Of a DNA stretch of 64,000 nucleotides, positions 25,714 through 38,669 are shown piece by piece (position 1 is the stretch's first letter; each line of letters begins with the position of its first letter). The position numbers and the translations under genes are program-made. Origin of the DNA: Octopus sinensis (taxonomy: Eukaryota); contig NC_042998.1 of the NCBI RefSeq assembly GCF_006345805.1, positions 134,168,001 to 134,232,000 on the forward strand, given 5' to 3'. The notes beneath the pieces were generated by a model. It saw nothing but the letters and a program-made list of their open reading frames with translations. It was not told the origin of the DNA and made no database searches.

Positions 25714-26109
25714 TACTCTTCTACTTGTTTCAGTCATTTGACTGTGGCCATGCTGGAGCACCGCCTTTAGTCAAGCAAATCGACCCCAGGACTTATTCTT
25801 TGTAAGCCTAGTACTTATTCTATCAATCTCTTTTGCCGGACCACTAAGTTACGGGGACGTAAACACACCAGCATCGGTTGTCAAGCGATGTTGGGGGGCG
25901 GACAAACACAGACACACACACATATATATATACATATATACGACAGGCTTCTTTCAGTTTCCGTCTACCAAATCCACTCACAAGGCTTTGAAAGTGGTTG
26001 GCCCGAGGCTGTAGTAGAAGACACTTGCCCAAGGTACCACGCAGTGGGAGTGAACCCGGAACCATGTGGTTGGTAAGTAAGCTACTTACCACACAGCCAC
26101 TCCTACGCC
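25714..26109 (-). mobile_element. SINE family A, full length, CpG-rich (young)
   Basis: Complete head and tail. Confidence 0.9.
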
Positions 26110-26252
26110 TATACACACACATACATATACGCACATGCCGGTGATACGTATAAAGCATCCAACAGACTCTGTAAAGTGGTCGGCGTTAGGAAGGGCATTC
26201 AGCCATAGAAACCATGCCACAACGCATAATCGGAGTCTTGACAGCTCCTCGG

Positions 26253-26660
26253 ATCTTTTCGGTTTGAACGGCAGTTTTTAACATAATTTCTAGGTAACTA
26301 AAAAAATTTAAACTTCGTATACTGGTAGAATGTGTTTATAAAACATATTTTTCTCTTGGCTTTATTGAGAAAATTCTATAGTTTGTAAGATATTTGGTCT
26401 ATAATTTCTTGCATTTCGGCAATTTCAACCAATCAATGACCGTCTACTGAGGTGTAAACATTCTGTGCCGTATGAATATGTCCCTCGTTTACGAATCAGA
26501 TTCGATTTATTTACATTCGTGAAGAAAAAAAGATACCCTTCCCCCCACCGCTAACCCTAAAACAGATTGAAATGCAATAGATCGATACTAGGGTCAGAAT
26601 TATGGGTGACAATTTCATATGACACCGCTAGAAAAAAACTGCCGTTCAAACCGAAAAGAT
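26253..26660. mobile_element. MITE with 27-bp perfect TIRs, inserted in a family B element
   Basis: atcttttcggtttgaacggcagttttt (26253-26279) and aaaaactgccgttcaaaccgaaaagat (26634-26660). Confidence 0.85.
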
Positions 26661-27039
26661 TCAGGGCAATCGAGCTCCTATCAAACCGTCCAACCGATGA
26701 CAGCACGAAAAACGGACGTTATACGACGATGATGTGTATATATATATATATATGGGGGGGGGAGTGAATGGATGGATGGATGTGTTTGTCCTCCACCACC
26801 GCTTGTCAAGCGTTGGCGGTTTGTTTACGTTTCCGTAACTTGGAGGTACGGTAAAAGAGATGCTTAAAAAAAATAAGTATTCACGTCGATTATTTCGACT
26901 AAACCCTTGAAAGTAGTGCACCAGCATGGCCGCTGACCAATGCCTGAAACAAGTGTAAAATAAAAGGTAATTTTAGAACACGAAGGAAGAAACGAATAAA
27001 AACGTGTATGTAATCGATTCGTTGAAGTCTGCAATGATG

Positions 27040-27160
27040 ACGAGCTAACAGTCACGTGCCACACACACAAGCCACATCGACAACTTTCGCAAAACCGGAA
27101 GCGGAAAGACGTGCAGATCAGCAGCACACGGAGACCACAGCTTTGGCGTTTATACACACA
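27040..27160. promoter_or_regulatory. Putative promoter core (E-box CACGTG 27053-27058; ETS-like CCGGAAGCGGAAA 27095-27107)
   Basis: Motifs lie in apparently unique, CpG-rich DNA between two CpG-poor blocks. Confidence 0.45.
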
Positions 27161-28099
27161 CACACATAATTATATATATATCATTCTTTTGTTACTAGCA
27201 GCAAAAAGCATTAGAATATATATATATATATAAACACACCCAGATATATGTGTATTACATTGTATATATCTCTCTCTATATCTATATATATATATATATA
27301 CTCCGTAGAAACGATAGTAGACCGCACTGAATAATCCCGAAGTAGTCAGATTGGAAAGAGGAAGGAAGAAAGGGAATTGAGTTAATTCAAAAGAGGGGGA
27401 GGAAGGAAATCGTCGTGGTAGTTGTGAGAGGTGAGGAGGAGCTATTGGGTTGTCAAGTGACAGCTGCCATTTTTATTTTGGCCTGTTGGATTTGTTGTTG
27501 AGGAGGGTGGTGACCAAATCGGTTGATCTGACTAACTTCAGATAGTTATATATATATATACACATATATATATGTATATCTATATATATATATACACTTA
27601 GACACACACACGCTTATACATGTATGTGTGTATACACACACACGATCTTAAATGCCTCCGTGTATGTTATATATAAATGCATATATGTATACATCCACGT
27701 ACATGTATACGTATGTATATGCATTCTTGTAAGTGCGTGGATACGAAACATCTGAAGTTGAGATATAATAGAGTGAATGTATCTTCTAAAGAACTACTGA
27801 AGCATAAGAGAAAAATAAGAAAATAACAAACAAATAAGAACAACAGTACTAACTCGTCATCCAGTCTGCATACAAAACATAATCAGCCAGCAATTTAAAA
27901 AAAATATAATCGGTGAGGAATGGCACACTTACTTAAAAAAAAATACGTGTGTGTGTGTTTTAGTTGGTGGAGTACTAATTTGCGTGTATCTGAAATGTAA
28001 ACATACTTTAATGCTGACATTTCTCCTGACTATTTTCCTTGCCGTAATCTTTATCGTTATCAGCAACTGGTCTGTTAGAGTGGGTTTTATTTACAAAGC

Positions 28100-28248
28100 T
28101 TTACTTCCCTGTTGTTTTGTTGTTGAGGGAAATAGAGAAACGTGTATTGCATGCTCTCTGCAATCCAACCTGTGAATTAGTTTCGATTTCTCTGTTCACC
28201 ACGAAAAAGGAAAACGTGTACGTCACAGTCTCTGTGTTTTCTATGAAT
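28100..28248 (+). other. Candidate first exon ending ATG AAT|gtaaga
   Basis: Strong donor at 28249 on the right edge of the CpG island. Confidence 0.3.
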
Positions 28249-28399
28249 GTAAGAAAACATTTACCTTTCATCCATCCGGGATCGATAAATATTGTGTTCG
28301 AATTCGACTAAACTACTCCCACAAAATTATGGCTTTGCGCCTGTTAGAAACGATTATAAGGGCAATAGATAGACGAAATGCTTTTCGATATCTTATCTC

Positions 28400-28920
28400 G
28401 CTTCACATCACGAGTTCAAATCCAGCGGCAAGACTTCCTTTTGTTTCCCCCCTTCCCCAAAAAACGCAATTTTTTTTTTTCCGGCTACGGAGAATACGAA
28501 TCTGGAAAAAAATTGGCAAAAATTGGCATTTTGAAATTACCCCTCCGCCCTAAATTCTACATTTTTAACTTTCCTAAGAAATTTTTTGTTTCAAAATATG
28601 GAGATTATGATTCTGAAAAAAATTTCCAAAAATTTTTTTTCACATTTTTTTTTTTTTTTGTCAAAATATGCGGGAAAATACGAAGATTATGATTCTGAAA
28701 CAAATTTCCAAAACTTTTTATACTTAGGGTTAGGGCTACGGAAAAAAGTGAAAAAGGAAATTTCGGGGTGAGTAATGGGGGTGGAGGCAAAATAATTTCA
28801 AAATTCCGATTTTTTTACAGTTTTCAGGAATTTCCATATCCGAAAACCTGGATTTTGGGCAAAAAAAATTTTAAAGAAACAATAATTTGCGATAAAATGG
28901 AGGTGGACGGGAGGAAGTCT
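28400..28920 (-). mobile_element. Inverted copy of the 6360-6900 element
   Basis: Shared subrepeats and ttagggttaggg. Confidence 0.65.
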
Positions 28921-30324
28921 TTCCAATCTAGCCAGTGTTGACTTTTCGGCCTTCCCCTGTTGATGTTGTTTTGAATTTACTGCAGAAAGTGGTCTATGTT
29001 TGTGGTGGGTGGGGGAGGGCACTAGGAATGTGGCTGAGGTGTCAAGGGGGCAGCAGTCTGAAGAAGTTTGGGAACTACTGCTTTACTCAAATGTGTGATA
29101 TTGTATTTATGTTAGACATTGTCAAAGCATTGTTTAAACAAAAGCAGGCCTAATGTGTCTCTTGTTTTTTAAGGATATTTGGGTGCCATTTGTGGGAGCT
29201 TTGGCTACTATTTCCAGCAGATCGAGTGAATGTTAGACTTTCATAGCAGCTTTGAGTTATTTTTGTTTAACCTCCTTGTCAATCCTGGTTGGGCGTTCCA
29301 ACCATGACAATCCATTCTTTTTTGTTTTTCAGGAATAGTGTGTTGTTATTGTTGCTTAGCTCCAGGTTGCCCCTAATTTAAAGCATTCCAACCTTGATAA
29401 CCCTCTATTTTTTCATATTTAGTGCTCCCTAAACTAAATTATACAATGTGTCATTTTCGCCATTCCCCACCTCTGGCTCACTCTCCTGATCCTCTGCTCA
29501 TGTCATATCTTGCTCCTTGAGGGTTTTGCTTTGGCACCCCATCACTACCATCTTACATTCTTCCTAGATATTCCCACCCACCCATGCCTGTCCCTGGCAT
29601 AAAAATCACCTCTCTGCTCTCTCAAATATCCCACCACCTCCACTTAGTCGAGCAGACCTTTTCCTTTTTCACCTGTTTTCTCTTTTTTTGTCCTTTCTTG
29701 TCTTACAAATTACTTGGCAACCTCACTAGACCTGGTGGCACAAAAAAGCACCCAGTATACACTGTAAAGTGGTTGGCATTAGGAAGGGCCATGTCAAAGG
29801 TGACATAGCACATAATATAGCCTTGTGAGTCACTAGATCCTGTCAAACCATCCAACCCATGCTAGCATGGAAAATAGATGTTAAACAATGATGAAGGTGT
29901 AAGTGGAAGGAGAGTTGGTTACTACTTGTTGCTAGTTGAATGATCGAGTAGTGGCTCTCTCATTGGCTTGTTTAGCATAGTGTATCTAAGAATCAATTGT
30001 TCAATAAGTTCTTTTTTTAGTATAGTTGGGTGTAATTTGAAGGAGAATGTGCAGCATATAGTGACAATATAGCAGCTACACTGATATCTACTGATTGTAT
30101 TACATTGTTGTTTCTATTCTCTCACAATTAGAATTATATGTGAACTGCTTGTTTCCTATTCATGTGGTCTTGGGTTCACTTCCACTGTGTGACACCTTGG
30201 GCAAGTGTCATCTACTTTAGCCTCAGGCTGCCCAAAGCCTTGTGAGTGGATTTAGTAGCCAGAAACTAAAAGAAGCTTGTAAAATATATGTGTGTATATC
30301 AACCTCAATATATATATGTATACG

Positions 30325-31905
30325 AATTCAGGGTACAAGTAGGAGTTTACCAAGGATCAATCCTCACCCCACTCTTGTTCATTGTAGTCCTCCATGCAAT
30401 AACAGAGGAATTTAAATCGGGCTGCCCCTAGGAGCTTATCTATGCTGTTGAACTTGTTTTTATAGCCGAATCACTACCAGAACTAGAGAAGAAATTTCAG
30501 GTGTGGAAGCATGGTCTAGAATCAATGGGCCTTAGAGATAATTTAGCAAAAACCATCTTATTATCATTTAGTGTCCATTGTCTATGCTGACATGGGTTGA
30601 ACAGTTTGACCAGGGCTGGAAGGCTGTTCCAGACTCTAGTCCAACTTTACATATAATGGGTGCTTTTACATGCCACTGGCATGGGTACCATTTGGGTGAC
30701 ACCAGTATCTGCCATGGCTATGATTTCACTTGGCTTGATTGGTCTTCTTCTCAAGCATGCTTAATGCCAAAGGTTTTGATCATTTGTCATTGGCTCCCTG
30801 AGCCCCAATACTCAAAAGGTACTTTTCATGTGCCACCAGATTTGGCCATCTTGCCTCTGTAGGAAAGCAGACAAATCACAGATCCCTTCAGATAGATGGC
30901 CCTGCTCAATATGTAGAAAATACATAGGTAGAAACTCCTAAGATGTACCCAGTCTAAGGTAGGGACACATAAGAAGTATAGCAATATCAGAGGAAGGTTA
31001 ACAGGAAAAATGGTCTTCGAGTGTGGCAGGTGCACAGGTACAATTAACACTAAGAATGTACAGAAAATAGACTCCATCAAATGCCAGTAGGGAAAGCTAG
31101 AAGTAGTTGATAGCTTCTGTTATCTAGGTGACCAAGTCAGTTGTAGAGGTAGCTGCTCCAAGAACGTAGCTGCTAGAATAAGAATAGGCTGGGCAAAGTT
31201 CAGAGAGCTCCTGCTTCCATTGGTAACTAAGGGCATTTCCCTCTGAGTGAAGGGCAGATTGTACGATGCTTGTGTGTGAACAGCCATGCTACATGGCAAT
31301 GAAACATGGGCTGTGACCACTGAGGACATGTGTAGGCTTGAAATAAAAACAGCTAGTATGCTTCACTGGGTGTGCAATGTCAGTGTGCATGTATGACAGA
31401 GTAAGCTTCTTGGAAGAAGCTGGACAGAAGAGGCATCAGATGTGTGCAAGAGAGATGACTGCACTGGTATGGTCATGTGATGTGTATGGACCAGGACAGC
31501 TGTGTAAAGAAGTATCAATCTCTAACTGTGTAGGGAACTTATGGGAAAAGGTAGACCCAGGAAAATATGGGATGAAGTGGTGAAACATGATTTTCAAAAG
31601 TTGGGCCTCACGGAAGTGATGCCAAGTGACCAAGACCTTTGGTGATATGCTGTGTTGAGAAGACATGTCAACTCAAGTGAAATCGTAGTCATAGCAGGTG
31701 CCAATATCATGTAACTGGTACATAAAAGCACCCAAGCCAGTGGTATGTAAAAGGCACCCAATACACTCTCAGAGTGGTTGGTGTTGGAAGGGCTTACAGT
31801 CATGGAAACCATGTCAAATCAGAACTTGGTGCAGCTCTCTGGCTTACCAGTTTCAGTCAAACCATCTAACCCATGCTAACATGGAAAGCAGACACTAAAT
31901 GATGA
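30325..31905 (+). mobile_element. RTE-clade LINE 3' portion (RT, PHD-like insert, 3' tail), degraded
   Basis: GVYQGSILTPLLF..GCP*ELIYA..NLAKT, then a Cys-rich block, LEVVDSFCYLGDQV, RVKGRLYDACV and the family B tail. Interrupted by the family B insertion at 30553-30860. Confidence 0.9.
30553..30860 (-). mobile_element. Family B element nested in the RTE LINE
   Basis: tcatcatttagtgtccattgtctatgctgacatgggttg... Confidence 0.75.
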
Positions 31906-33196
31906 TATATATGAGCCATACAAATGATAAAATCAAAACATCAATGTTTTAGTTTTATCTTATTTTATCAAGGTGTTTCATAATATAATATGAGATTTTT
32001 GAACTCCCTTTGAAGTAATAATGTTATGAAATCCATCTTCAGCATTTCTAGCTTTTCATAGTCTCATCTTCAGGATGAAGTGATGTTTGAATATATTGCT
32101 ACTTCTTTAAAATAGACAGGACAATATGACTGATATAGACATTACCAACAGAATTTGAATTATGATTGTTAGATTTATAGAGTTAGGTATAGATTTTTGT
32201 TTGTGATTCTTGTAGTTGCATGTACATGTTAGCACTATGTATTGCTTCCATTATTAAATATATATTTCTGTTAGAGTATGGACATGTTGTTGACTAATGT
32301 TTTCCTGTTGAGTTATATTGTGTGTTGGTGGTGCAGTGCATTGCAATTACTTCTTACTGAAAGTGCATGGTGTATTGGAAAGAGAGCTTCATACTTGTAT
32401 GGCTATTATACCTTTCAGTCATAAACTTTACAACCTCCACATTTGTAATTGAATTTATTAACCACTCTGTTCACTTGAATCTTGTTCATGGTTTTACATG
32501 CCTGAGCTTTGTTGCTGATAAATAGGTCAATTTAATGCTTTTATAATATATTAGTGTTGGTTTATGGTTTAGTGTAATGTTGTGTTTTATAAAATCTTTG
32601 ATAATGTGTTTATCCAGTCTGTAGGTGATATACATTTGATTCTTATAATGCACTTTGTGTGGTTCATGCATTTTTAATTAGTGTATTTGTTGCAAAGAAT
32701 GTCATCCTGCGTTTTCCATTGCTTGGTCTGTTACAAAAGCTATAGTCAATATATGTTTGTTTGTGTTTTTTTTATTTTGTGGATTTCTTTATCTGTTGTT
32801 TCATTTGAAGAGGAGAATCTAAATGCTCGGTGTCATATATGTTTGTATGTGTGTGTGCTTGCATGAGTGAATATTTCTTTAACTTGTCTCAACATGTGCA
32901 TGTTGACTATAAGCAAAGGTCACCATTAGTAGAATTGGTATCATTTGTTTACAGCCTTCATTGAAAGCATGGCCAAGTTGTTCATTGTTCAATAGATTAG
33001 GGGGAAATATTACTTTGTTTGAAAGCAGGTGTTTCATAGTATTCATAAGGTATCTAGTTGGTAGGGTAATTAGAGAGATGGATAGAATATCATGCAGTAG
33101 TTGTTCTGACACAACTTTTTTTAGTTTAAAATCTCACTGAAGTCAATTTAGCCTTTCAACTTTGTTGGGTGTGAGAGCACTATTAAAAATGACAAG

Positions 33197-33415
33197 GGCG
33201 GCAAGCTGGCAGAAACGTTAGTATGCCAGGTGAAATGCTTAGTGGTATTTCGTCTTCTCTTTACGTACTGAGTTCAAATTCCGCCAAGGTCAACTTTGCC
33301 TTTCATCCTTTTGGGGTTGATAAATTAAGTACCAGTTGCATACTGGGGTCAATCTAATCAACTGGCCCCCTCCCCAAAGATTTCGGACCTTGTGCCTAGA
33401 CTAGAAAAGAATATT
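33197..33415 (+). mobile_element. SINE family C, full length
   Basis: Starts ggcggcaagctggcagaaacgttag (A box); B box gagttcaaattcc. Confidence 0.9.
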
Positions 33416-33879
33416 AAAAATGACTGGCAGACCTGTAAGAATGTCAAAAAATGCTTTGCTATATTTGTTCTGGCTCTTTATATTTTTATATTTTGAGTTC
33501 AAATCCTACTGTGGGTTATTGGACTTAATTTGTTGCCCAGTTAACAGGACCACCGAACACTTTGGATGCCAGTAATGAATTGCACACTGTTGCAAATATT
33601 CTGGCCAGGTCTCTAGTCTAAGGATACTTTTCTTCTTCTTGCTAGTCTTGAAGGCTCCTTGAAAAGTCATGGGCACTGCCTTCCCTTTCAAATCAAAGGA
33701 AGATAAAACAAATTACATATATATTAATTACACACATGCATGCGTGCACACACACACACACACATGTTGACTCAGGGCTATGCTCAAGATGCCTGAATTC
33801 AAAATTCCATAGCTGCAAAACAAATTTCTTAATTATGTCGACATCTCTGCACTTATATGTATATATTTATATATATATT

Positions 33880-34269
33880 CTTTTCTTTTACTTGTCTCAG
33901 TCATGCTGGAGCACTGCCTTTAGTTGAACAAATCAATCCCAGGACTCATTCTTTGTAAGCCTAGTACTTATTCTCTCAGTCCATTTTGCCAAACCACTAA
34001 TGTAACAGGGGATGTAAACACACCAGCATTGGTTGTCAAGTGATGGGAGTGGGGGACAAACACAGACACACAAACATACACCCACACACATATATATGTC
34101 TGTGTGTGAGACAAGATTCTTTCAGTTTCCGTCTACCAAATTCAGTCACAATGCTTTGGTTATCCCGAGGCTATAGTAGAAGACATTTGCCCAAGGTGCC
34201 ATGCAGTGAGACTGAATCCTGAACTATGTGGTTGGTAAGCAAGCTACTTACCACACAGCCACTCCTGTG

Positions 34270-34271
<2 letters not shown>
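33880..34271 (-). mobile_element. SINE family A, full length
   Basis: Family match. Confidence 0.85.
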
Positions 34272-34327
<56 letters not shown>

Positions 34328-34499
34328 TATATATATATACATATATATATATATACATATATACATGGGTATGTGTTTGCCAGTATATAATATACTCACA
34401 CACACATATATGTATGTGTATATCATCATCATCATCATTTTATGCCTACTCTCTATGCTAGCATGGAATAGCTAAGTCATCTCACTGGGCACCACATAT

Positions 34500-34830
34500 G
34501 GAAGTTATAACTTAATTCTTTTCTGTATATTGAGCAAGGTCATTTCTGGAGTCCTGTCTTCTTTCATTCTAACCAACACCTTAGCCTTTGCTAAGTTTAC
34601 CTTTAGGTTTCTTGATCCTTGGTTTAGCTTCTATGCCTGGAATATTTTCTAATTCCTCTAAAGATTCAGCTTATAAGAACCAGGTCATCAATATATATAT
34701 ATAAGTTCCTATGGATAGCCACTCTTAAACTCCTCTATGATTATTTGTAGGACTATGAAGGAAGGAAAGGGCTTGGGGTCTGAGCATTGATGAATTCCTA
34801 CTTTCATGCTAAATTTGTATTTGTGTGTGT
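34500..34830 (-). mobile_element. RTE RT fragment, highly degraded
   Basis: Minus strand reads KVGIHQ..IIEEFKSGYP*EL..DDLVL..ESLEEL. Confidence 0.7.
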
Positions 34831-35979
34831 GTGGGTGGAGAACTGACCTTCAGTCTAACTACAGCCACATTGTTCTGTATCAATTAGTCATTGTTCTGCA
34901 TGTGCTAGTATGAATATATGGTTAGTGCTCTTGGCAATTTGTCATTAGTTTAACAAGGAAAGATTTGGAGAAGTAATGGGCTAGTATAAAGTTCTGAATC
35001 AAACAAGGAAATTTTTTTGGAACTTATCTAATGTGTCATGCCTATCTAATGTAACATGCCTCAGAAAAACATGTTATTCTGAATCATATGACATAATACC
35101 ATGAGTGTTATCAGTGTTTCAGATCAGGAAAAACATATCCTGCATTTAAGCACTTTGCATTAAAGCAGCTAATGATTATGTTGTGAAAGTGTGCCATGAC
35201 CTGTAGAGATCATTGAGTGACTTTCTGTGGCCCTGCTTAGCTCAAGCTGTTACCATCTTACAATACAATCATCAAGAAACAAACCTGAGCTAAGCTGGGC
35301 CAGATATCTTCCTCTCAACTTGAAACTTCAAGTAGTTTGTTGCAGTTAAGACACTATGTAAAATATTAATAGCTCTCAACTGTTTTGAGTAATCATTTGA
35401 AACTATGGCCTTCCTAGTTTCTTCTTTATTTTATTCCATATATGTGTGAGTATGTGCATATGTATACACATATGTATTCTATGATTACATAACTCCTACA
35501 CACATACATATATCAAAAGTTAATAGGAAATGAATAATGAAGATGGATATTTAAATTTTAAGATTAAGGTATCATGTGGTTGTATATTAAAATCCCCTGT
35601 TTATTCATGCCAACAAACTTAACTTTGACTAGATTAATAAATGCACTGGGACCTGGGTGAAGATAAGTATTTTAAACTTGGTAGCCAGATAACTAAAGAG
35701 CAGTGATGTGAAGGAGGAAGAATAGATGAGCAGAGGAAATATTGTAGAGTTCCAGTGCATAAGTCCTTAAGGGTAGGTTCTTTTTCCAATATTTATTTTG
35801 TTTATCAATTTCCGTTTGCATCTATGTACCAAAGTGTCTATGAATAATGGTTTGCTGAGCAAAAGTACTTACAACACATACATAATTCCATTTGATGTTT
35901 CATGTTCTCTCACTACTTTCACTAGCATTGACCCAGTCATTAAAACCTTAATTTGCCAGGGTCATTGGAAATATCTGTT

Positions 35980-36185
35980 ATGGGGACTTAAACACACCAG
36001 CAATGATTGTCAAGTGGTGGTGGGGTACAAACACAGACACAGACACACATATACAATGAGCTTTCAGTTTCCATCTACCAAACCTACTCACAAGGCTTTG
36101 GTTAGCCCAAGGCTGTAGTAAAAGATGTGGAACTGAACCTGGAACCATGTACTTGGGAAGCAGGCTGCTTACCATACAGCCATAT
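35980..36185 (-). mobile_element. SINE family A, partial
   Basis: Family match. Confidence 0.75.
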
Positions 36186-36273
36186 ACATCTTAAATATAA
36201 TCATTTCCTTTCACTAGTTTCACCATCAGCCAACTTTCTCTCAAAAGCATCTTCTCTGTACATTATCTAATGG

Positions 36274-36407
36274 TAATCATTGAATTTCCAAATCTATAAT
36301 GTTTCTTTGAGTTCAAAATCACGGTTTATTGTATTTCTCATAATCATTGAATTTCCAAATCTATAATGTTTCTTTGAGTTCAAAATCACTGTTTATTGTA
36401 TTTCTCA
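36274..36407. repeat. 67-bp tandem duplication
   Basis: 36274-36340 and 36341-36407 differ at one base. Confidence 0.95.
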
Positions 36408-36434
36408 TTCTCACCCAATACTTGTACATATTAG

Positions 36435-36516
36435 GAGTGTTTGGAAGAAGCCATTCTTCAGTGTCTTTACAAAATCCACAATAATACAGAAGTCTATTCT
36501 GTATCACATATAAAAG
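36435..36516 (+). other. Candidate exon ECLEEAILQCLYKIHNNTEVYSVSHIK
   Basis: catattag acceptor, gtagaa donor and an open frame. The phase-1 end fits a second candidate at 36685-36791 (DWLLYDKFLDCPFFLHIHFEK..). Confidence 0.3.
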
Positions 36517-37621
36517 GTAGAATATACTGTAGTTTCTCAATTACATTTGGTTGGACTACTATATTGCATTTAGTGTTGGTAGCTGATTGTTGCTGATGGA
36601 AAGCATTATGCTACAAGTTCTCCACTAGATTAAATTTCTCTATATCTACTTCACAAATCCTGTTATTTTTTGTGTTTTAACCAGATTGGTTGCTATATGA
36701 TAAGTTTCTTGATTGTCCTTTCTTCTTACATATTCACTTTGAGAAAACTTTATCAAGAAATCAAAAAAGGAAAACAAAAAAAATCCAATAATAGTAATTT
36801 CTCACATATATAATCAATAATAATTTCTCACATTTTAACATTTCTATAAAAGAAAAGTGTGAAAGAACTTTATCTACAGTAAAAATCCATTATTATTTGT
36901 TCATGGCAAAATATTGATCAAATAGAATTTGAATAAATTCCAATAAATTAATTAAACAGCTTACAGAATATAGTAGTTTGAAGATCGATTTTGTCTAAAT
37001 TCGAATCACTGTTAATTATTGTTTAAAATTATCCACAATGTTAACAGTATCTATAAATTCAAATATTTAGTTTATTGATTATAATGAAAGTTATAAAACA
37101 AATTCAACTGGGAATAAAAGTTTACTTTTTTGATTGTGTCTAGTCAAGACATTTTACTTTTTAATTGCAATATATATATAGAATAACACAAATAGGGTTT
37201 AAAGTTTACTACAGCTGTTTCAGTTGAATTTTGTTGATGCATTAATATATTACATCATAGCATAAATCTACCTTCTTCAGTTAAAATTTTAAACAAGTAT
37301 AAGCATTGATGGTGACTTATTCAGCAGTCAGCATGATGAATAAGTAATCTTTTAAAAAGAAGTTGGTTGTTGACTAGACCACCCTCAATGTTTATACATG
37401 TTTAAAATTTTACCTGAGGATGGTGGCTTTATGCTATGACATCATCTATGAATGCACCAACAAAATACTACCAAAATAGCTGTTGTAAATGTTAAACCCC
37501 ATTTGTGATATTCTTTTTATACCCATGCCACACCTGGAACCAACCCTGAGTTGGATCTCTGGCTTATATTGTTTGCAGTACATTACTAACATATGACACC
37601 TAATGGTTGTTTTTACCTTAC

Positions 37622-37684
37622 TATGAGCTCAATGTTATGGTACCTAGCTTGTCCTGGTGTCCTATGTGTTGATGTGCCTAGATT
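37622..37684 (-). other. Candidate 63-nt exon NLGTSTHRTPGQARYHNIELI
   Basis: attcactag acceptor, gtaagg donor and a single open frame, phase 0-0. Confidence 0.25.
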
Positions 37685-37789
37685 CTAGTGAATATTATAA
37701 TCTCTCTCTCTCTATAATTCTAACCTTTCATCCTCAAGTTCCACTCCTCAAACGCCCCTGACTCTCTCATAATTCCTTGTCTTGTGACT

Positions 37790-38094
37790 TACTTGGTTAT
37801 CCTGCCTGTGCTGGTGCCACATAAAAAGCATGCAGTCCACACTGTAAAGTGGATGGCATCTGGAAGGGCATCCAACTGTAAAAATCATGCCAAATCTAAC
37901 CTTGCCTGTGTTAGTGCCACATAAAAAGCACTGAGTCCATTCTGCAGAGTGGTTGGTGTTAGGAAGGGCATCCAGTAGTAAAATCCCTGCCAAAACAGAC
38001 ACAGTAACCTAAAGTACTTTTCTACCTGGCCGGCTCCTGTCAACCGTCCTACCCATGCATGTGTGGAAGATGGATGTTAAACAATGATTATGAC

Positions 38095-38126
<32 letters not shown>

Positions 38127-38135
38127 CGATGACGA
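37790..38135 (+). mobile_element. Family B element with (GAT)n tail
   Basis: Family match. Confidence 0.8.
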
Positions 38136-38669
38136 TATATATATATTCAGAGTTCCTGCCCATCAAATAAGAACTTAGATTGTTACAATACACCCATTCC
38201 ATGCCAACATGGAAAGATGATGTAAACAGGGAAAGCAGATGTAAAAATGATGCTGATAATCATGATTATAATGATCATCATCGACATCATTCCATCAACA
38301 AGGAAGACCATTCTTGTTTAGATTTAGAGTTCCAGAGATAGCTTTTGCTAAAGAGACACAATCATGTTGAAACATGGTGTTTTAGAGTCACCTCCATCAC
38401 TGAACTGTGTGTAATGTCAATGCACATCATTTAAAGAGAGAAGTTGTCCTTCAAAGGGAAAATACAGCAATGAATGGTAATATTCACATTCAAATTTGCT
38501 GGAATACATTAAGAATGAATATCTACATCAATATTTTGATTCTTGCTGAATTGTGTGCTGATAGTAATTTAATATTGTAGTTTTAATAGAAAAATATCTT
38601 AGTAGATTTTGACTCAAAAAATGAAGAAAAAAATGGACCCAATGCATGAAGTAGAGTGAATATTTATTA

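Noticed and set aside
37410-37580. Gypsy RT-like AFIDDVIA / WGLT on the minus strand
   Set aside because: Needs several frameshifts and stops and has only marginal motif similarity.
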